This document shows, piece by piece, positions 45,357 through 46,482 of a DNA stretch of 46,482 nt. The notes under the pieces were generated by a model. The model did not search any database, had not been told where the DNA came from, and saw only the letters and a program-made list of their open reading frames with translations. The translations under genes were made by a program, and so were the position numbers. The number at the start of each line of letters is the position of its first letter. The stretch's first letter is position 1. The stretch is from an uncultured Bacilli bacterium (GTDB lineage: Bacteria; Bacillota_I; Bacilli_A; RF39; UBA660), in contig CALVOL010000003.1 of assembly GCA_944350285.1 (NCBI GenBank), positions 1 through 46,482 on the forward strand. Direction: 5' to 3'.

Positions 45357-46400
45357 TTACTCCTGTTCTCTATTCTTTAGAAAATTAAAAACTGTTATCA
45401 TTATATAAACGATTAAAAACATTTGATGTCTTGCAGACCAAACAAAGGCTTTTAGTGGAATACTTAAATCACAATACTTTACATTATAAAATCCTTTTTG
45501 AATCTGTTTTAACTGATAGGCTTTTTTTAACTCTTTTATTTTGGCAAATAATCCTGAAGGATTGTCTTTATGTACAATCCCAATGCGACTACCTTCAATA
45601 TATAATAAAACTGTTTTTAAGAAAATGGCTTCTTCCAACTCATGTTTCTCATCAAATTTATACATCTCTTCTAAAACATTCGAAAATGTTATAAAAATGT
45701 TTTTATTAAATTTAATAGTTGAAGAATTATAATTGATTCTGTAATGATATAAGAAGTTATTTTGATATACAACTTTTTTGGCTAATGACATTGCATAAAG
45801 ATTAAAAATAACATCTTGCATTCTTTGAAGTCCTACTTTGAAAGTCAATTGATTCTTTATCAAAAATTCACGATTATACATTTTTGCCCATGGTCCTCCT
45901 GCTCCTATATATGTCTTTTTAGCACTATGATATTGGCGGCAAATAATATTCAGTAGTAACTTTCGTTTATTTTTTTTAGTAAATGTAATTTTCTTACCAA
46001 AAATACTGGCAGGTATTTTTTGCTTACGAAACTCCATGATTGGTGGAGTTATAGCGATTTCACAACCTTCATTTTTAATTATAGAATATAGGGTTGATAG
46101 CATCTTACTATCAACGTAATCATCAGAATCGACAAAACAAATCCATTTTCCATTTGAAAGTTCTATTCCTTTATTTCTAGCAACTGAAACTCCCTGATTT
46201 TTTTGTTTATATGTTCTCACATTTTGATATTTTCTGCTATATTGCTGGCATATTTTGTAAGATGAGTCTGTTGATCCGTCATCGATTAATAAGATTTCAT
46301 AATTTTCATAATCTTGGGAAACTAAACTTTTAATACATTCTTCTAAGTATTTTTCAACATTATAAACGGGCACAATAATTGATATCTTCTCCTTTTTCAT
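45357..46400 (-). CDS. GT2 glycosyltransferase
   Basis: ISIIVPVYNVEKYL, IDDGSTD, GVSVARNKG, FVDSDD, PWAKMY. Confidence 0.95.
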   Translation of the reverse strand: MKKEKISIIVPVYNVEKYLEECIKSLVSQDYENYEILLIDDGSTDSSYKICQQYSRKYQNVRTYKQKNQGVSVARNKGIELSNGKWICFVDSDDYVDSKMLSTLYSIIKNEGCEIAITPPIMEFRKQKIPASIFGKKITFTKKNKRKLLLNIICRQYHSAKKTYIGAGGPWAKMYNREFLIKNQLTFKVGLQRMQDVIFNLYAMSLAKKVVYQNNFLYHYRINYNSSTIKFNKNIFITFSNVLEEMYKFDEKHELEEAIFLKTVLLYIEGSRIGIVHKDNPSGLFAKIKELKKAYQLKQIQKGFYNVKYCDLSIPLKAFVWSARHQMFLIVYIMITVFNFLKNREQE

Positions 46401-46418
46401 ACAAATTCCTCCTCGTAT

Positions 46419-46448
46419 AATGTAGTTAAGATATTTTTTAACTACATT
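46419..46448. repeat. perfect 11-bp inverted repeat just upstream of the GT2 RBS
   Basis: AATGTAGTTAA-GATATTTT-TTAACTACATT. Confidence 0.7.
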
Positions 46449-46482
46449 TTCTATATTTAGATTTTTGTTAAGAGATATCTAT

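Noticed and set aside
2052-45732. Short ORF-track entries overlapping larger genes or RNA elements (e.g. 2052-2273, 8153-8335, 12311-12547, 19949-20218, 27241-27573, 45431-45694)
   Set aside because: Antisense or alternate-frame shadows of well-supported features, with no recognisable motifs.

Overview
AT-rich chromosomal segment of a low-GC Bacillota bacterium, genetic code 11. Gene content and style suggest a small-genome gut Bacilli lineage such as RF39 (inference). Most genes are on the minus strand. The housekeeping backbone is queA (partial), ruvAB, polA, ppdK, htpG with a CIRCE operator, a xerC/D-like recombinase, murT-gatD, queH, and a rearranged division/sporulation cluster (spoVD, mraY, inverted ftsW/spoVE, murG, murB, ftsQ). 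The right end holds the distal part of a surface-polysaccharide locus (GT2s, GT11 fucosyltransferase, wzx, ugd, LCP, vanZ). Several structures are not shown by the ORF track. (1) A complete type III toxin-antitoxin locus (CptIN-like) with two 49-nt pseudoknot repeats showing compensatory changes. (2) A 695-bp internally deleted tyrosine-recombinase (RIT-like) element with 90-bp inverted ends, inserted into the last codons of a surface-protein gene next to a relic end. (3) An unannotated type I toxin-antitoxin locus with a 29-aa membrane peptide and a convergent antisense RNA. (4) A 33-bp-period tandem array directly upstream of the promoter of a AAA+/DUF4143 ATPase-nuclease gene. (5) A GatD lacking its catalytic Cys/His, a peptidase C26-VanY fusion, a kdgT pseudogene and three sigma-E-like promoters. 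All family assignments come from motifs recognised by eye; no database searches were run.
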